In this document: piece after piece, positions 13,858-26,868 of the stretch
Layout of the letters: each line of letters begins with the position of its first letter
Numbering within the stretch: position 1 is the stretch's first letter
Source: Nemertoderma westbladi
Taxonomy: Eukaryota; Animalia; Xenacoelomorpha
Direction of reading: 5' to 3'
Assembly (NCBI GenBank): GCA_032718475.1
Contig: JAUCBJ010008835.1
Span: 1 to 59,529, forward strand
Length of the DNA: 59,529 bases
Notes under the pieces: generated by a model
Databases searched by the model: none
Told to the model about the DNA's origin: nothing
What the model saw: the letters and a program-made list of their open reading frames with translations, nothing else
Program-made: the position numbers and the translations under genes

Positions 13858-16182
13858 CAGGCCCGTATGGTGACCATTATATCTGGGGGGGGGGGGGGGG
13901 GGGGGGCAAACCCATAACTGGGTTTGGGGGCAAACAGCAAAGTGAGAGTTAATCTCGTACGTAAAGAAAAATCAATATTGTTGAAGAGTGTGTGGGGCGA
14001 GCCACGAAGTTGGAGGACCCTTGTCGAACTGGCACTGTTAAGGGAGTGGGCCTACTACTACTACTATGATCGGCATGCTGCATTGCAGCTGCATTTTTAA
14101 GAATGCTGTGCCGGCTTGTCAACAAAATTGCACCGCCACAACTCCCTATCACCCATGACATTTGCTAGATCATCCGCATCTTTAAGGCCAGTGTCCTTTA
14201 AGATGCGTCTCAAGAAAGTCATGGGCTGTCCACCATGCTTATTCACTCCATGAGGCTGCCAAAGTACAAGATTATGTACTGGCTGGTCCTCATGGCGAAA
14301 GCAATGTCCTGCAAAGCGGAGGCGATTTCGTTCTAGTGTCAAGCTTGGGGGAACCAATGAGACACCTCCAATGTTATATAGTGTCTGGTTGGAGATGTGT
14401 GCATTGTACTTGACACAATGAACCCGGCGTAGCATTCTTGTGAATGTGCCATCCAGAGATTTGGTGTCCTCAGCAGTTAGAGCCCAGCATGGACTCCCGT
14501 AGAGGAGTACTGGAACTACTGCTGCTCTAAATAATCGGACCTTAAGTTTTCGATTAATTCTCGGTGACTTCCAAATCCTGGAAAGCCTATTCAAGGCTGC
14601 CCATGCCTTTCCCTTACGTATTCGAAGGTCCTCACCTGACTTCCGGATCCATGATCCCAGGTAACAGAAGTCGTCCACATGCTCAAGCATACCATCCTTT
14701 GAGCTTATGCTCATCCGATCAGAGACTTGCTGAGGACTTTCAAAGTTAACTGTCAGAATTTTGGTCTTTCTGGAGTTAATAAAAAGACCAACACTAGAAG
14801 CAGCATGTTCTAATGAGCTGAGGAGCCGTTGGGCTCCCTCTAATGATTCTGAGAGTACTCCTAAGTCATCAGCAAAGTCTAGATCAGTTAGGTACTTGGC
14901 AGGATTTCCTCGACTTCTGGAGCCAGGAGGTGGAGTTATCATCACCCCATCATCATTATAATGATCTAAGGACATGCGTACAGTAGAACATAGTCAACCA
15001 CAATAATGAACAAGAATGGTGCAAGTGTGTCTCCTTGGAGGACGCCCCATAACACTTCAAATGGTTCTGTGTCACCGTCAACAGTAGACACAAATGTTGT
15101 CGAACCATCGTATACTGATCTGATTGCTGCAATAATTTCATCAGGAATCCCATATAATGAAAGTATGCTGAACATACGTGAGCGAGAGACCGAATCAAAG
15201 GCCTTGAAGAAGTCAACAAAGATAACAGCCAGATGCCTGTCTTTCTTTTTTGATAACTCTTCAATTGTCCTTCTAAGTGCCAAAATGGGCTCCATGGTAC
15301 CACGACCTTTACGGAACCCATTCTGATTTCCACGGAGCAGTCTCTCAATGGGATCCCTGATGCGATTTAATAGAATCCTATTGTATAGCTTTGCAGCAAT
15401 CGAGATCAATGAGATTCCCCGAAAAGAACCATAGAGTGTTAGGTTGCCCTTCTTGGGAACTGGCACCAACTTATTTGTTTTCATTTCTCATTTCCAATAA
15501 TAGCAAATAGTTGTCGTTACGATTTTGACATGCCAATAACTTTTATCGGATTTATTTAAACCTGTCGAGTTTAAAATTTGTAAGCTTAAATATGACCAAA
15601 AGTTACGGTTAAAATTACAAAAAAGAAAATTTTAGATATGTATACCAGCACAAGCAACCATCAGCGCCTAGCCTATTACTATTAGCTGCAAGCTGGCTCC
15701 CATACTGCAGACAATACTGTAGGTCAACAGCGAACAACTCCTGCCCTGGTAGCCAATGAGAGAATCTAGAGCTTTTGTGTATTTTTAGTAATTATATGTA
15801 TGAACTGCAATCTTGAATTGCTATCAAAATCTATAGAGATGTAGTCTGCCAACAAGCTTTCCAGCCACATAGAACAAAGTAAGTGAGTAGCCACATAGAA
15901 CAAATACATAACGGTACACCATACAATGTATTTCGGCACAGGCTCTGGCAGTGCCAGTGCCATTATAATTGGACCAAATGGAATGGTGGCGGAGTCAGGT
16001 CAGGTCAGTGGGTAGAATTAGTATGTGAATCCAATAATATTGATTACCAACAATATTATTATTAATTAATTGTGAAAACAAGACGAGAGAACAAGACATG
16101 ACTGGGGGGGGGGGGGGGCAGTGGGTCTTGTCTGGGGGGGCAGTGCCCCCAAAGCCCCCCCCCCCCGCACGGTACGGGCCTG
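13858..16182. mobile_element. hAT-like non-autonomous element nested in the previous element
   Basis: TIR CAGGCCCGTA / TACGGGCCTG; 8-bp TSD AACTACGC at 13850-13857 and 16183-16190. Confidence 0.85.
14052..15484 (-). mobile_element. 5'-truncated RTE-clade non-LTR retrotransposon (RT fragment, one frameshift near 14970)
   Basis: RT motifs FRGISLISIAAKLYNRILL, QNGFRKGR, FVDFFKAFDSV, GVLQGDTLAPFLF, LDFADDL, RLRFAGHCFR; (TAG)n tail at 14052-14066. Confidence 0.9.
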
Positions 16183-18153
16183 AACTACGCGTAGGTGCTA
16201 CCCATAACTATGCCTATACGTCGTTTATCATTAGTAGGTCCAGTACTAAAATAAGACACAATACGGTATGTTCAATAAACAACCCAAAACCATCAAATGC
16301 TTTAAACAGTAATGTATCCTATACATGTATACTCTATAGAGGAATACGCTAAGAATACATATTCTTCACTTCATCTTCATGCGTTGCGGGTGCTAAAATG
16401 TGTTACCGATAATAATGTTTAGAGTTCAAAAATAGTTTACAAAGGAAATAGGCCGATGGTTCTTATCGATTCTCTATGCTTTTTATTGCCTTTGTTCACG
16501 ATAGGGCAAGGATATACTGTAATTAATATGTTAACCCCTTGACAAGGGAAGGGGGAGACTAAATTTTCTACCATGATTGGTTGCACTTGTTATTTGAGCA
16601 AACAATTTGATTATATGCAGTATTTATCAGCTTTCGCTTAACCACTTCACCGGTAGACTGGTAGCTTACTACTGTTCAATATTTAAATAATCCAATGGAA
16701 ACAAAGATACTTACGGTGGCTGATCTTTGCCAATTAATTAATTTTTTTTTTACTTTTTTTTATCAGAAGTTCACCATGACGTCATAATTCATGGTCGACC
16801 AAAAAATAATTTATGGTCGACCATGAATTAATTTTTGCAATTAATTTACGCGTAGGCCTACGCGTAGGTCGAAAAGATTTACCCAAGACAATGACAAATG
16901 CTCCATTACAATATCTTAAACATAATAGAGTAGGTTGGGAGATAATAGCTTCAGCTATACTGTATGATATACACAATCAGTGTACTCAAGGACTTCTAGA
17001 ACAGTACAATTCGTAAAAAAGTACAATGTATATATTCAGGACACGGTGCTCTCATAGTGTTAATTTTATTAGAGGCCGGTTTTTTCTATTCAGTGTGGGC
17101 CTAATTATTTTACTTTACAGAAGCAAACAAAAGCAAAATAAAAAAAGTTTCTTTTAATCTAATTATTTTACGACGGGACAATTGGCAACGATAATTTATT
17201 AGTACAAAACAACTGTTGAAAGATATTCCAAATAACCCTTGAAATAAGTTGTGTGAAATAAGTGAACTGAATGTACAGTATATACCACTGAAACCGAACT
17301 ACAATTATAATAAATTGTACGAGCCACAATACCTTTTCTTTTCGAAATATATATAATCTGTACGGAGGCAGTATTGTTATACATTTATCCCAGAGTACAG
17401 TTAGACTTGTTAGACTTATTGTTGTTTACTGGAAATTTACTGTTTATTTACTGAATAACTATAATTATATCATTGTGTGCAAATTAGCACTTTGCAAGCG
17501 CGCTATGACCCGAGTTTATTTATGTACCGAGCGAGCGCAGCGAGGTAGGTTTACATAAATAAACAAGGATCTTTAACGCTGAAAAGGGACCTTTGCAAGC
17601 AATGATGTATGTAATTTTGTTACATTATGTCAACTTATCAGCGTTCGGTATGTGAAGAAAGTATTTTATGGATGCTCTCTTGAACATTTTAATCATGTAC
17701 TATTTCGAATATTAGTGAAAATTATTAACAGGTACCGGTACTATAAAAATTTACATCTAATTAACGTTTTTTTTTCCTGCATGGATGTGAAAAATATTTG
17801 ACCCATCGTCGACTGAAGCAAACTGAGTCACCGTCTGTGTCCGTCCAGTTTTACTGAACACAGTCGCCATATTTTCTTTTCAAATTTTCTTTAAAATGTC
17901 TTATATTGGACGTTTCGACATATGGAATACAGTCTTACACGTTAAACAATTTATTTACATGCAGTAGCTAGTCCCGTCACTTCAAACTAGACGCACGCAT
18001 TATGCAAACACGTTCTGCTTTATTGAATATAGAAGCACACAATACTATAAATAGAAATAATACATTCTGGAACATGGTAATTTAAGTTGTTTCCATGTTA
18101 TTGATTACTTTGCAGCGTTCCGTCCTATAGGCCGCAACGCTGCAAAGTAGAAC

Positions 18154-19826
18154 CACTAGTTCCGTACTCCTCCCCACTAGTTCCATACTCCTCCCCACTA
18201 GTTCCGTACTCCTCCCCACTAGTTCCGTACTCCTCCCCACTAGTTCCATACTCCTCCCCACTAGTTCCGTACTCCTCCCCACTAGTTCCGTACTCCTCCC
18301 CACTAGTTCCGTACTCCTCCCCACTAGTTCCGTACTCCTCTCCACTGGTACCCTACTCCTCCCCACTAGTTCCGTACTCCTCCCCACTAGTTCCGTACTC
18401 TTCCCCACTAGTTCCGTACTCTTCCCCACTAGTTCCATACTCCTCCCCACAAGTTCCATACTCCTCCCCACTAGTTCCGTACTCCTCCCCACTAGTACCG
18501 TACTCCTCCCCACTAGTTCCGTACTCATCCCAACTAGTTCCGTACTTCTCCCCACTAGTTCCGTACTCCTCCCCACTAGTTCCATACTCCTCCCCACTAG
18601 TTCCGTACTCCTCCCCACTAGTTCCGTACTCCTCCCCACTAGTTCCGTACTCCTCCCCACTAGTTCCGTACTCCTCTCCACTGGTACCCTACTCCTCCCC
18701 ACTAGTTCCGTACTCCTCCCCACTAGTTCCGTACTCTTCCCCACTAGTTCCGTACTCTTCCCCACTAGTTCCATACTCCTCCCCACAAGTTCCATACTCC
18801 TCCCCACTAGTTCCGTACTCCTCCCCACTAGTACCGTACTCCTCCCCACTAGTTCCGTACTCATCCCAACTAGTTCCGTACTCCTCCCCACTAGTTCCGT
18901 ACTCCTCCCCACTAGTTCCATACTCCTCCCCACTAGTTCCATACTCCTCCCCACTAGTTCCGTACTCCTCCCCACTAGTTCCGTACTCCACCCCACTAGT
19001 TCCGTACTCTTCCCCACTAGTTCCGTACTTCTCCCCACTTTAGTTCCGTACTCCTCCCCACTAGTTTCGTACTCCTCCCCACTAGTTCCGTACTCTTCCC
19101 CACTAGTTCCGTACTTCTCCCCACTTTAGTTCCGTACTCCTCCCCACTAGTTCCGTACTCTTCCCCACTAGTTCCGTACTCCTCCCCACTAGTTCCGCAC
19201 TCCTCCCCACTAGTTCCGTACTCCTCCCCACTAGTACCGTACTCCTCCCCACTAGTTCGGTACTCCTCCCCACTAGTTCGGTACTCCTACCCACTAGTTC
19301 CGTACTTCTCCCCACTTTAGTTCCGTACTCCTCCCCACTAGTTTCGTACTCCTCCCCACTAGTTCCGTACTCTTCCCCACTAGTTCCGTACTTCTCCCCA
19401 CTTTAGTTCCGTACTCCTCCCCACTAGTTCCGCACTCCTCCCCACTAGTTCCGTACTCCTCCCCACTAGTTCGGTACTCCTACCCACTAGTTCCGTACTC
19501 CTCCCACTAGTACCGTACTCCTCCCCACTAGTTCTGTACTCTTCCCCACTAGTTCCGTACTCCTCCCCACTAGTTCCGTACTCCTCCCCACTAGTTCCGT
19601 ACTCCTCCCCACTAGTTCCGTACTCCTCCCCACTAGTTCCGTACTCCTCCCCACTAGTTCCGTACTCCTCCCCACTAGTTCCGCACTCCTCCCCACTAGT
19701 TCCGTACTCATCCCCACTAGTACCGTACTCCTCCCCACTAGTTCCGTACTCCTCCCCACTAGTTCCGTACTCCTCCCCACAAGTTCCATACTCCTCCCCA
19801 CTAGTTCCGTACTCCTCCCCACTAGC
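18154..19826. repeat. 21-bp minisatellite (~80 copies) with a 336-bp higher-order duplication
   Basis: Unit ACTAGTTCCGTACTCCTCCCC; the diagnostic variant TCCACTGGTACCC recurs at 18341 and 18677. Confidence 0.95.
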
Positions 19827-20245
19827 TACCATAAACAATACAATGTTTTGCCGCGGGATGTTCTAGAACATTAATTAATATATGTCAAAAACTGCTTAAA
19901 TATAGCTAGTAAAAAAAATACAAAATGGGGACGAATACGGAACTGTTCCCATTATATATAATAATATTTTATTCACTGATCTTAAGGTACCACGCTCTAC
20001 AGTGTCCACAATGCCTCTCAATCGCGTCCCACCACACATATAACTCTGCAATTTTTTAGGTTCTAATATTTTTTCAAATTTAATTTATAATATCCTTTGT
20101 GTCTCTCTGTATATATTTTATAATGTTTTACCATTTTACTCCGTTTGGGGGTGTATCTATTCCAATTATTATTTCACTGAAAACTAGAAGACAATAATAT
20201 TGTATATCTACGTAGGCAAAAAGGATGTGTAATGTGAAATTAATG

Positions 20246-20592
20246 GGTACGCATCAATCTTCGCCCGCGTCCAATCTTCGCCCGGGGCAATCTTCGCACT
20301 CAAGATTGGCAACTATCGCCCGGTGGAAACCTTCGCCCAATAAACATTTATTGTTTTGGTTAGATAAAGCCACCTCTGTAACCTGCCCCTGTCCCTCAAT
20401 TGGTAACGACATCGTTTATTGTTTTGGTTAGAAGAAGCCGTCTCTGTTACCTGCTCCTTTCCCTCAATTGGTAACTAAAATGGTTACTAACACAAATCTT
20501 ATTGGGCGAAGGTTGCTCGCGGGCGAGGGTTGCCTCCGGGCGAAGGTTGGACGCGGGCGAAGGTAGTACCGGCGGAGGTTGCACCCATCCCA
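20246..20592. mobile_element. MITE/foldback with subterminal CTTCGCCC repeats
   Basis: Left AATCTTCGCCC repeats are mirrored by right GGGCGAAGGTT repeats; the centre holds two copies of the local 68-bp repeat. Confidence 0.65.
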
Positions 20593-22219
20593 TTAGCGTG
20601 TGTGGGACTGCCACTGTATCGGATGGGCAGATTCTGTTGTGATAGGCCTACATGTACCAATGCTTAAGCGACGCCATATATTGTATACTATCGCTACAAT
20701 AATCTATATTAGAAACGGTTCTAGGCTTTGAGGAATCGCTGCGCCTTTTAGGCCTACTGTATGACAGCCCCAATGACACTTAATAACAGAGTGGACAGTG
20801 GAGTAAGGCAAAACTGAGATGTGTTCGGATCCAGCGTGGACGAGAAGGGAGCACATGTGACTAGAACATAAAGATCTTGCAACTGGTGTCACGGCTTCAC
20901 ACATGTCTCCACTCTCTTGAGGCATGGGCAAATGACGTAAACAGCCTCATACATGCTTTTGGGTCTAGCCCAGATGGATCAGCAGACACCCTTGTGTGTA
21001 AAATGCTGCAAGAATGGAAGCCTTATCGAAGGAGTCGACGATTGTGGATGTGATTTAGAACTAAGGCCAACGCAGATAGGGGAGGGAACTGAACGCAATA
21101 CAAATTCATCCGTCTCTATAGGGGAAATTCGACGCAAATAACAGCTGATTATTCTCAAAACTAAAACTGTAACCTGTTTTATTGTGCTTACTTTATTGTT
21201 TTGGTTAAAATAACGTGCCACTCTAACCTGCTCCTTTCCCTAAATTGAGAATTTAACATTGAGGCGGGATATTAATTCGCCAAGGCGGGTTTTGCGTCCA
21301 ATTCCCCCCCCCCCCCCCCTGTCTCGGCCAACGTTCTAACAAGAACTTTCTAACCAAGGGAACTTTCTAACAAGTTAAGGGGTCCAGGTTGGGATGTTTA
21401 ATAATAAGGACGGTATTAATCCCTATAGTCTCCTCTAGACCCCCCCCCCCCCCCCCTCAGCACCTGAATCATCCAACAGGCTAACAGACATTAGACGTTA
21501 TCCTTAGACATTATTATTAAAGACGAAGGTTCTTCGAATCTCGTCTTCATCGTTCTTTTTGTTACCTGGGGTATAAAACATAGTGCCTGAAACTTCCCTC
21601 CAGCAAAGCTCCTCAATCTTTTCCATCCTCCCACAGATCCAACCGTCGCTGTATAAACAGTTTACTTCTGATTGAATCACTTGTGACGAATTTACTGGTA
21701 ATGTTAATAAAAGCTTGCGAATTGGTCCCAATGAAGCGTTCTCTACTGTAGCAGTCGAACTAGGAATCTCATATAGAAAGGGTCTGAACGGAAGGGAAGG
21801 GAGTTAAACCGAAACTGGTTGAGGGCTAGCGATGTCATGTTACCGAATGAATAAACTAGTTAAACTAAACAATAATAGTATTTTAATTGATTCTGAATCA
21901 TTAACTATTAATAATCGCAATGAGTTAACCATTATCATTTCAGTTTCAGAAAAAATTGCTAATGATTGATAACGCATTGATTGTTAACTTTGATTGATTG
22001 ACCAATAAGATTCCAGAGAATGTGAAAAGTAAGTTATAATTACCATGTCCGCAAAAATATTCATTATTATTATTCCAGGTACACCGAACGTCCTGGTATT
22101 TATATACAATAGTCCTGTCTCTTTTATTAATCAAGAATCTCTAAAAACCCCACCACCAGAACAACCTATCAAATGCAATATAAATAACAGACAGACAATT
22201 AAAATTTGACGTGGGAAAT

Positions 22220-23175
22220 TTAAACTGTAAAACATATCGTCCAACCTATAGACCTACAACTACACCCAACCAACCGACCAGCCACCTGGCTACGGCTGTG
22301 AAGGTAGGCCGGCCCCATCCTCCAGTCCTGCAGTCCCAGGCCGCTGCGCCACTTGGTGCGCGACCCGCGCAGGCAGTGGGAGGTCCCACGGACAACCGCA
22401 AACAGCACTCGCGAGCGTACCCAACCCATGACGGACGAGTAAGGCTTACCCCACGAGCGGTGCAATCTGTCCGCGATTATCCGCAGGAATCTGTTCGCCT
22501 GCGGGGCCAACACACCATCGCAGGAAACCACGAAAGGCGAGAAGTCTCCACGACGAGCGGTTACTGCGGCTAAATAAAGCCGTTTCTTCTCGTCTTCCGC
22601 GGATTCCAACACGGACATGGAGGAGCGGTTAACGTACGACCCGGCGTCAAGATTGGTTGATCGAATATCAAACAACGCCTGAGTCTGTATGTTAAACGCC
22701 CCCACGTCACACCGCATCCCAGCCACGTCTCCCACCTCCAGCTGCTCCCGCACCACGGGCTCCAACGTGACGTTGCGTGGCCCGAACGCGAGCGCAGCGA
22801 GTTCGCCAACGGTGTCCCGCAACTCGTTGTGACGTTGGATCACGAGGCCGCCCTTCTTGCAGTTCAACCCATGGTTCAGGTCTAACGCGGCCCCACACCC
22901 GTCACAACGGCTCGGCACTCCCAGGAGGGGTCTACCGTACCGCACTGCCAGACCGTCGCGGAACTCCTGTGGAGACAGTTCGTAATGGTGTTCAGTCAGT
23001 GGGAGATTCGATGTCCAGTCCAGCTGCCGGTTTTAAACTCGGCAGCTATCCGGATAGTCTGCTGACGCCTCTCCGACATCCTCTCAAGGGCCTCCTCGAA
23101 CTCCCCCACCTCCACCGTCTTCCGCTCGTCCCGCTCCGCCTTCCGAGTCGACGCCAGGGCCAGGCACGCCACTGG
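22220..23175 (-). mobile_element. 3' fragment of a CRE-clade non-LTR retrotransposon (zinc finger + restriction-like endonuclease)
   Basis: LSPQEFRDGLAVRYG-x-RCDGCG...HGLNCKKGG-x-RHNELRD...ALFDIR...EDEKKRLY...FSPFVVSCDG...WVRSR...CLRGSR matches the RLE C-terminus of CRE-like elements; GC-rich island. Confidence 0.85.
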
Positions 23176-23199
23176 TATTTATATTAATTAAAATTGTCG

Positions 23200-23850
23200 A
23201 GGCAAACAGGAAAATATAATAAAATACAAATACACATTAAAGTAATATTAAAGTTGTCAAATAAAGTAGTTTATTATATTATTTGAAGTTCAATATTGAA
23301 GTACTTAAAGCGTGTTTTTTCTATTGCATGTTTGATAATGTTGAATTTAAGATGATGATGAAAGGCGTTAAATAATGCTAAAGTACTCGAGAATTCGCGG
23401 CCGTTTTCTGGTGAATGAGGTGATTTTAGAGCTGTAACATGATTTAACAAAGGCTGCATTAGTTTTGTGTGTGGCAGTTGCTTCAGCAATTTTTGGGGGA
23501 TAAAAAATCCTGGAAATATTCTATTCATAGAGTAATGTTGAACATAAACAAGGGAGTTGGTAATGGCAGAGTGCCTTATTGTAGATCTCTAACAATCCCT
23601 GAATACCGTTCTGGGATTCCGAGAATTGTAAAGCGAAACCTGGCGTTGAATAGACTGGAGGGTTTGGTTGGGGCAGAAGACACCGATTGCCAGGCGATAT
23701 GCCTCCACTGGAATGGGATACCAGCCAGAGCACGCATAGACAGGCATAATTAATGTAAGTTCCAACGTGTAGAAGCCCTCGTAGTGCCTTCCGGTATGCT
23801 ATATCGAGCTTCGCGACATCAATGTGGCTTCTTAGCGCACCAATCAATGT
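23200..23850 (-). mobile_element. Possible degenerate 3' end of a non-LTR retrotransposon
   Basis: Frameshifted ORF pieces; KLDIAYRKALRGLL resembles a LINE RT thumb region; A/T-rich 3' end. Confidence 0.3.
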
Positions 23851-24024
23851 TCAACTTTAGTTGATACATAATGATTGGCATCCTAATGACCAACACAGGA
23901 TTTCAGAGTTTACAAAAGGTAACATTTCCAACAAACCCTGAGATTATATTCCTAAGTAATATCACCACCAATATGTTATAATATATATAAAGTTTACCTT
24001 CTAATGATTATATATTACTTCATG

Positions 24025-24581
24025 TCACTCATTAACATAACCACCAATAAACAAACCCACAAGAATGATGAAAAAAGGCAGTCCGACTAGACTGAACAGA
24101 GTCGAAGCAATTTGGAAACCAAAGTAGTCGTTAAGAATACCCCCTATAACTGCACCAGTTATGTTTCCAAGCGATAACGAAATCCTGAAAGCTTGTTGGA
24201 GAACCGCCCTGGTGTCTATGTTGTCAGGGAGACCACAGACTCTCACTGCCAATCGAGCTTGAGTTTCGAATCCCGTATTTTGTGCTAAGGCCACTCCTAC
24301 TCCGACTGTGCCCATTGCTGTAAGTGACGTTGCCAATGAGTATGGAATTCCAAGTGTCTCAGTTGGACCCACTAGTTGCATTGATACAAGAACGAACACT
24401 ACGCCAATTAAAGTGAAATATATTGTCTTCACCTTTTTTATCAAAATAGACAGGATGAATCCGGTTAATGATAAACTGAGGGGGTATATCGTAAATGCAG
24501 CACCGATGTAATACTGGGTTACATCATAGTAGCTGTGAAGATATGTTGCATAATTAGCCATTGCGAAATATGTCACAGCCG
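24025..24581 (-). CDS. MFS transporter (SLC18B1-like), C-terminal half
   Basis: Six hydrophobic segments, LVGP..LGIP and SLGNITGAVIGGILNDYFGF motifs. Joins the N-half in frame (427 aa total) when the insertion is removed. Confidence 0.85.
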
Positions 24582-24593
24582 CTTCATATGCAT

Positions 24594-26113
24594 AATGGCG
24601 TAGTGAAAAATACCATGTGTGAAAATGAAAAACTACCGAACCGACGCAAAACCACTGTGGCGACGTCGCGGTCAGTGTGGTGTGTTGAGCGCAGTGTGGA
24701 AATAATTTGTCGTAGAGTGGGGTGACGGTGGGTTCAGTGCTATCGTTAAAAACATATAGGAGTTCGAGTTGTAGTTCAATTATATTTAATTAGAGGTATG
24801 TCAGAAGGATGGATAAACACAGATATGGGGCCGTCCAAGTATGACGTCTGCACTTTTCCGGTTTCCCCAAAATGTTGACCCCCTCCCTCCCCTAAATCAG
24901 ATGTCATCAGATAGGCGTTGACCCCCCCCCCCCCCCTCCCCTACATCAGATTAAAAAAAATTTCGCGTCCTAATCACTGAAACATGGTGACTGGTAACTG
25001 AAACAGAAGGTCCCATTGTTGCTGACGTCAGATTTTGGCTGATTTTGGCTTTTGGCTGGTTTTTTGTTATTTATCAATTGTTTTATATTCTCGTTGGCAC
25101 TCGTAGTAGGTTGAACGAGCGAACGCTGTATAATTTTCTGTCATTTGGTGGTCTAAGGCTTCTGAGGTATTCCGACTGGCTGTGTGTGTAGCACTCCCCC
25201 ATCAAACCACGGTTTAGACAGTTAGACCTTCGTCTTGATATGAAGCTCCAGAATCTGAGATCGTGTTGGTTATAAAGGAACAAAGATATAACACAATATA
25301 TACACACTAATCAGATATAAATTGAACGAATAGCGAATTGAATTAATATGAAATAAATGCAACGGACAGTGACAACTGAAAGATAACTGAGCAACTAACT
25401 GCATTGATATTGGGCCTATTTATAGGCCGACGACAGGGCAAACACATTAATAATAATAACAAGGGAAGCACCTAATAAACACACCAACCAGTAAACGAGA
25501 ACACATAATAGAAAGAATGAGGGCACAGATAATAGAAATTGAGCAGACCAATAAATAATGACACAGGGGTTGGATTAACAATAAGTAGTACTGTACAATG
25601 CAAAACAGCTAAAAATAAATAACAAACAATGAACTCAGTTTAAAGCAAGGTTGACTGACGGCAGAGAGTATTACAAGTTACGAGACGAGGAAGGGACAAA
25701 GTAATAATTAATATGCGTTTAGCGAAGGTGAGTGTAGATAAGTGCCATGGAAAGCAATAAGGGAAATATGACAAGGACAATATTACTGTAGGGATGCCGT
25801 GTGGTAGCGACAACCACTACGCAGTCATGAACAGCGCTTAAATGTAAAAAATCAAATTAGTGATAGCAGTATAGATAGTCAAGTGATCAGTAACAGAATA
25901 AGATATCAGTTGTGCAACTGAACATATCAGTGCGTCAAAGTCCTATTACCGGTAGCGTTTCAGTGTTGCCATATACCGAACCAACCGAATTCAAATGGTT
26001 GCTCAGGTTTGATTGTGAAAACCTTAACCTGGAGCAAAATTTACGTGTCTGTTTTGGCTCTGGCCACTAGACGCGTGTCATTTTCCACAGTTGGCATTTT
26101 TCACTTTACCCTG
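24594..26113. mobile_element. hAT-like non-autonomous element inserted in the MFS coding sequence (candidate introner)
   Basis: 8-bp TSD ATATGCAT at 24586-24593 and 26114-26121; imperfect TIRs AATGGCGTAGTGAAAAATACC vs rc CAGGGTAAAGTGAAAAATGCC. Confidence 0.85.
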
Positions 26114-26836
26114 ATATGCATCTAAAATAAAGATATTTGTAATTACTGGATTTTTGAGAAATGTCAGATACGTTGGTCGTTCATCATTGGATTCTGGTCT
26201 GTCGTAAAGGTATGAAGGCGCTTCATACCAGCAGTAGAGAATAATAATGAGAAACATCAAACTTGATATTATAAATGGAAACTCGAACCCTAATGAAGCA
26301 AAAACGGCAGATCCGAAAACAGGTGAAATTGCATAACCAAGGCAGCTGAGTACGAGAGATATGCTAGCTATGAAACTTCGTTGGTTCGGCATCAACTCCA
26401 TCAATAGATTGTGTGAGTAAGTAAAACTGATACTGAATCCAATTCCTTCAAAAATTCGCAATAAAAAACACGTGAATAAATGTCCCCAGTTGTTAGGAAT
26501 ATATTCCACAAATCCAAATAGTAACTGGGCGGTAGTTCCAATGATACCGAATATTCCTAATGAGATTCTAGTTCCCCAGTTGCTGATGGAATGGGTGAAG
26601 ATAATGTAAATGATTACTTGTACCACGGAATTGGTTGCGAGTAAGGAACCGATTAGGGTCTTAGACCAGCTACGATTTTCCATAACGATAGGGAAAAATG
26701 ATTCTATTAGATTGACGCACCATCCTGGAATCATCTGAAATATCAATAAAAGTATAACCAAAACATTAAGTCTCCATCCATTTACCGGGGGTCTATTTGT
26801 TGGACTCTGATTTGGAGAACATGATACATCTGCCAT
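26110..26836 (-). CDS. MFS transporter (SLC18B1-like), N-terminal half
   Basis: Six hydrophobic segments; LLFGFVEYIP..FTCFLLRIFEGIG and LGYAISPVFGSAVFASLGFEFPF resemble SLC18B1. ATG at 26836 follows acceptor tttctctaccgcag|AGG. The 3' boundary assumes the CAGG|GT donor. Confidence 0.85.
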
Positions 26837-26868
26837 CCTCTGCGGTAGAGAAATGAATGACGCGATAC

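Larger units (their letters stand above)
13382..16884. mobile_element. Non-autonomous TIR DNA transposon (GG termini, 8-bp TSD; Merlin- or MULE-like, superfamily uncertain)
   Basis: TIR GGGTAAATCTTTTCGACCTACGCGTAGG at both ends; TSD AAGACAAT at 13374-13381 and 16885-16892; about 15 CTACGCGTAG palindromes. Confidence 0.85.

Noticed and set aside
18082-19838. GRSTELV / GEEYGTS repeat ORFs
   Set aside because: By-products of the 21-bp minisatellite.
21504-21770. Possible exon or hAT dimerisation-domain relic (IPSSTATVE)
   Set aside because: Match too short and no supporting motifs or splice pair.
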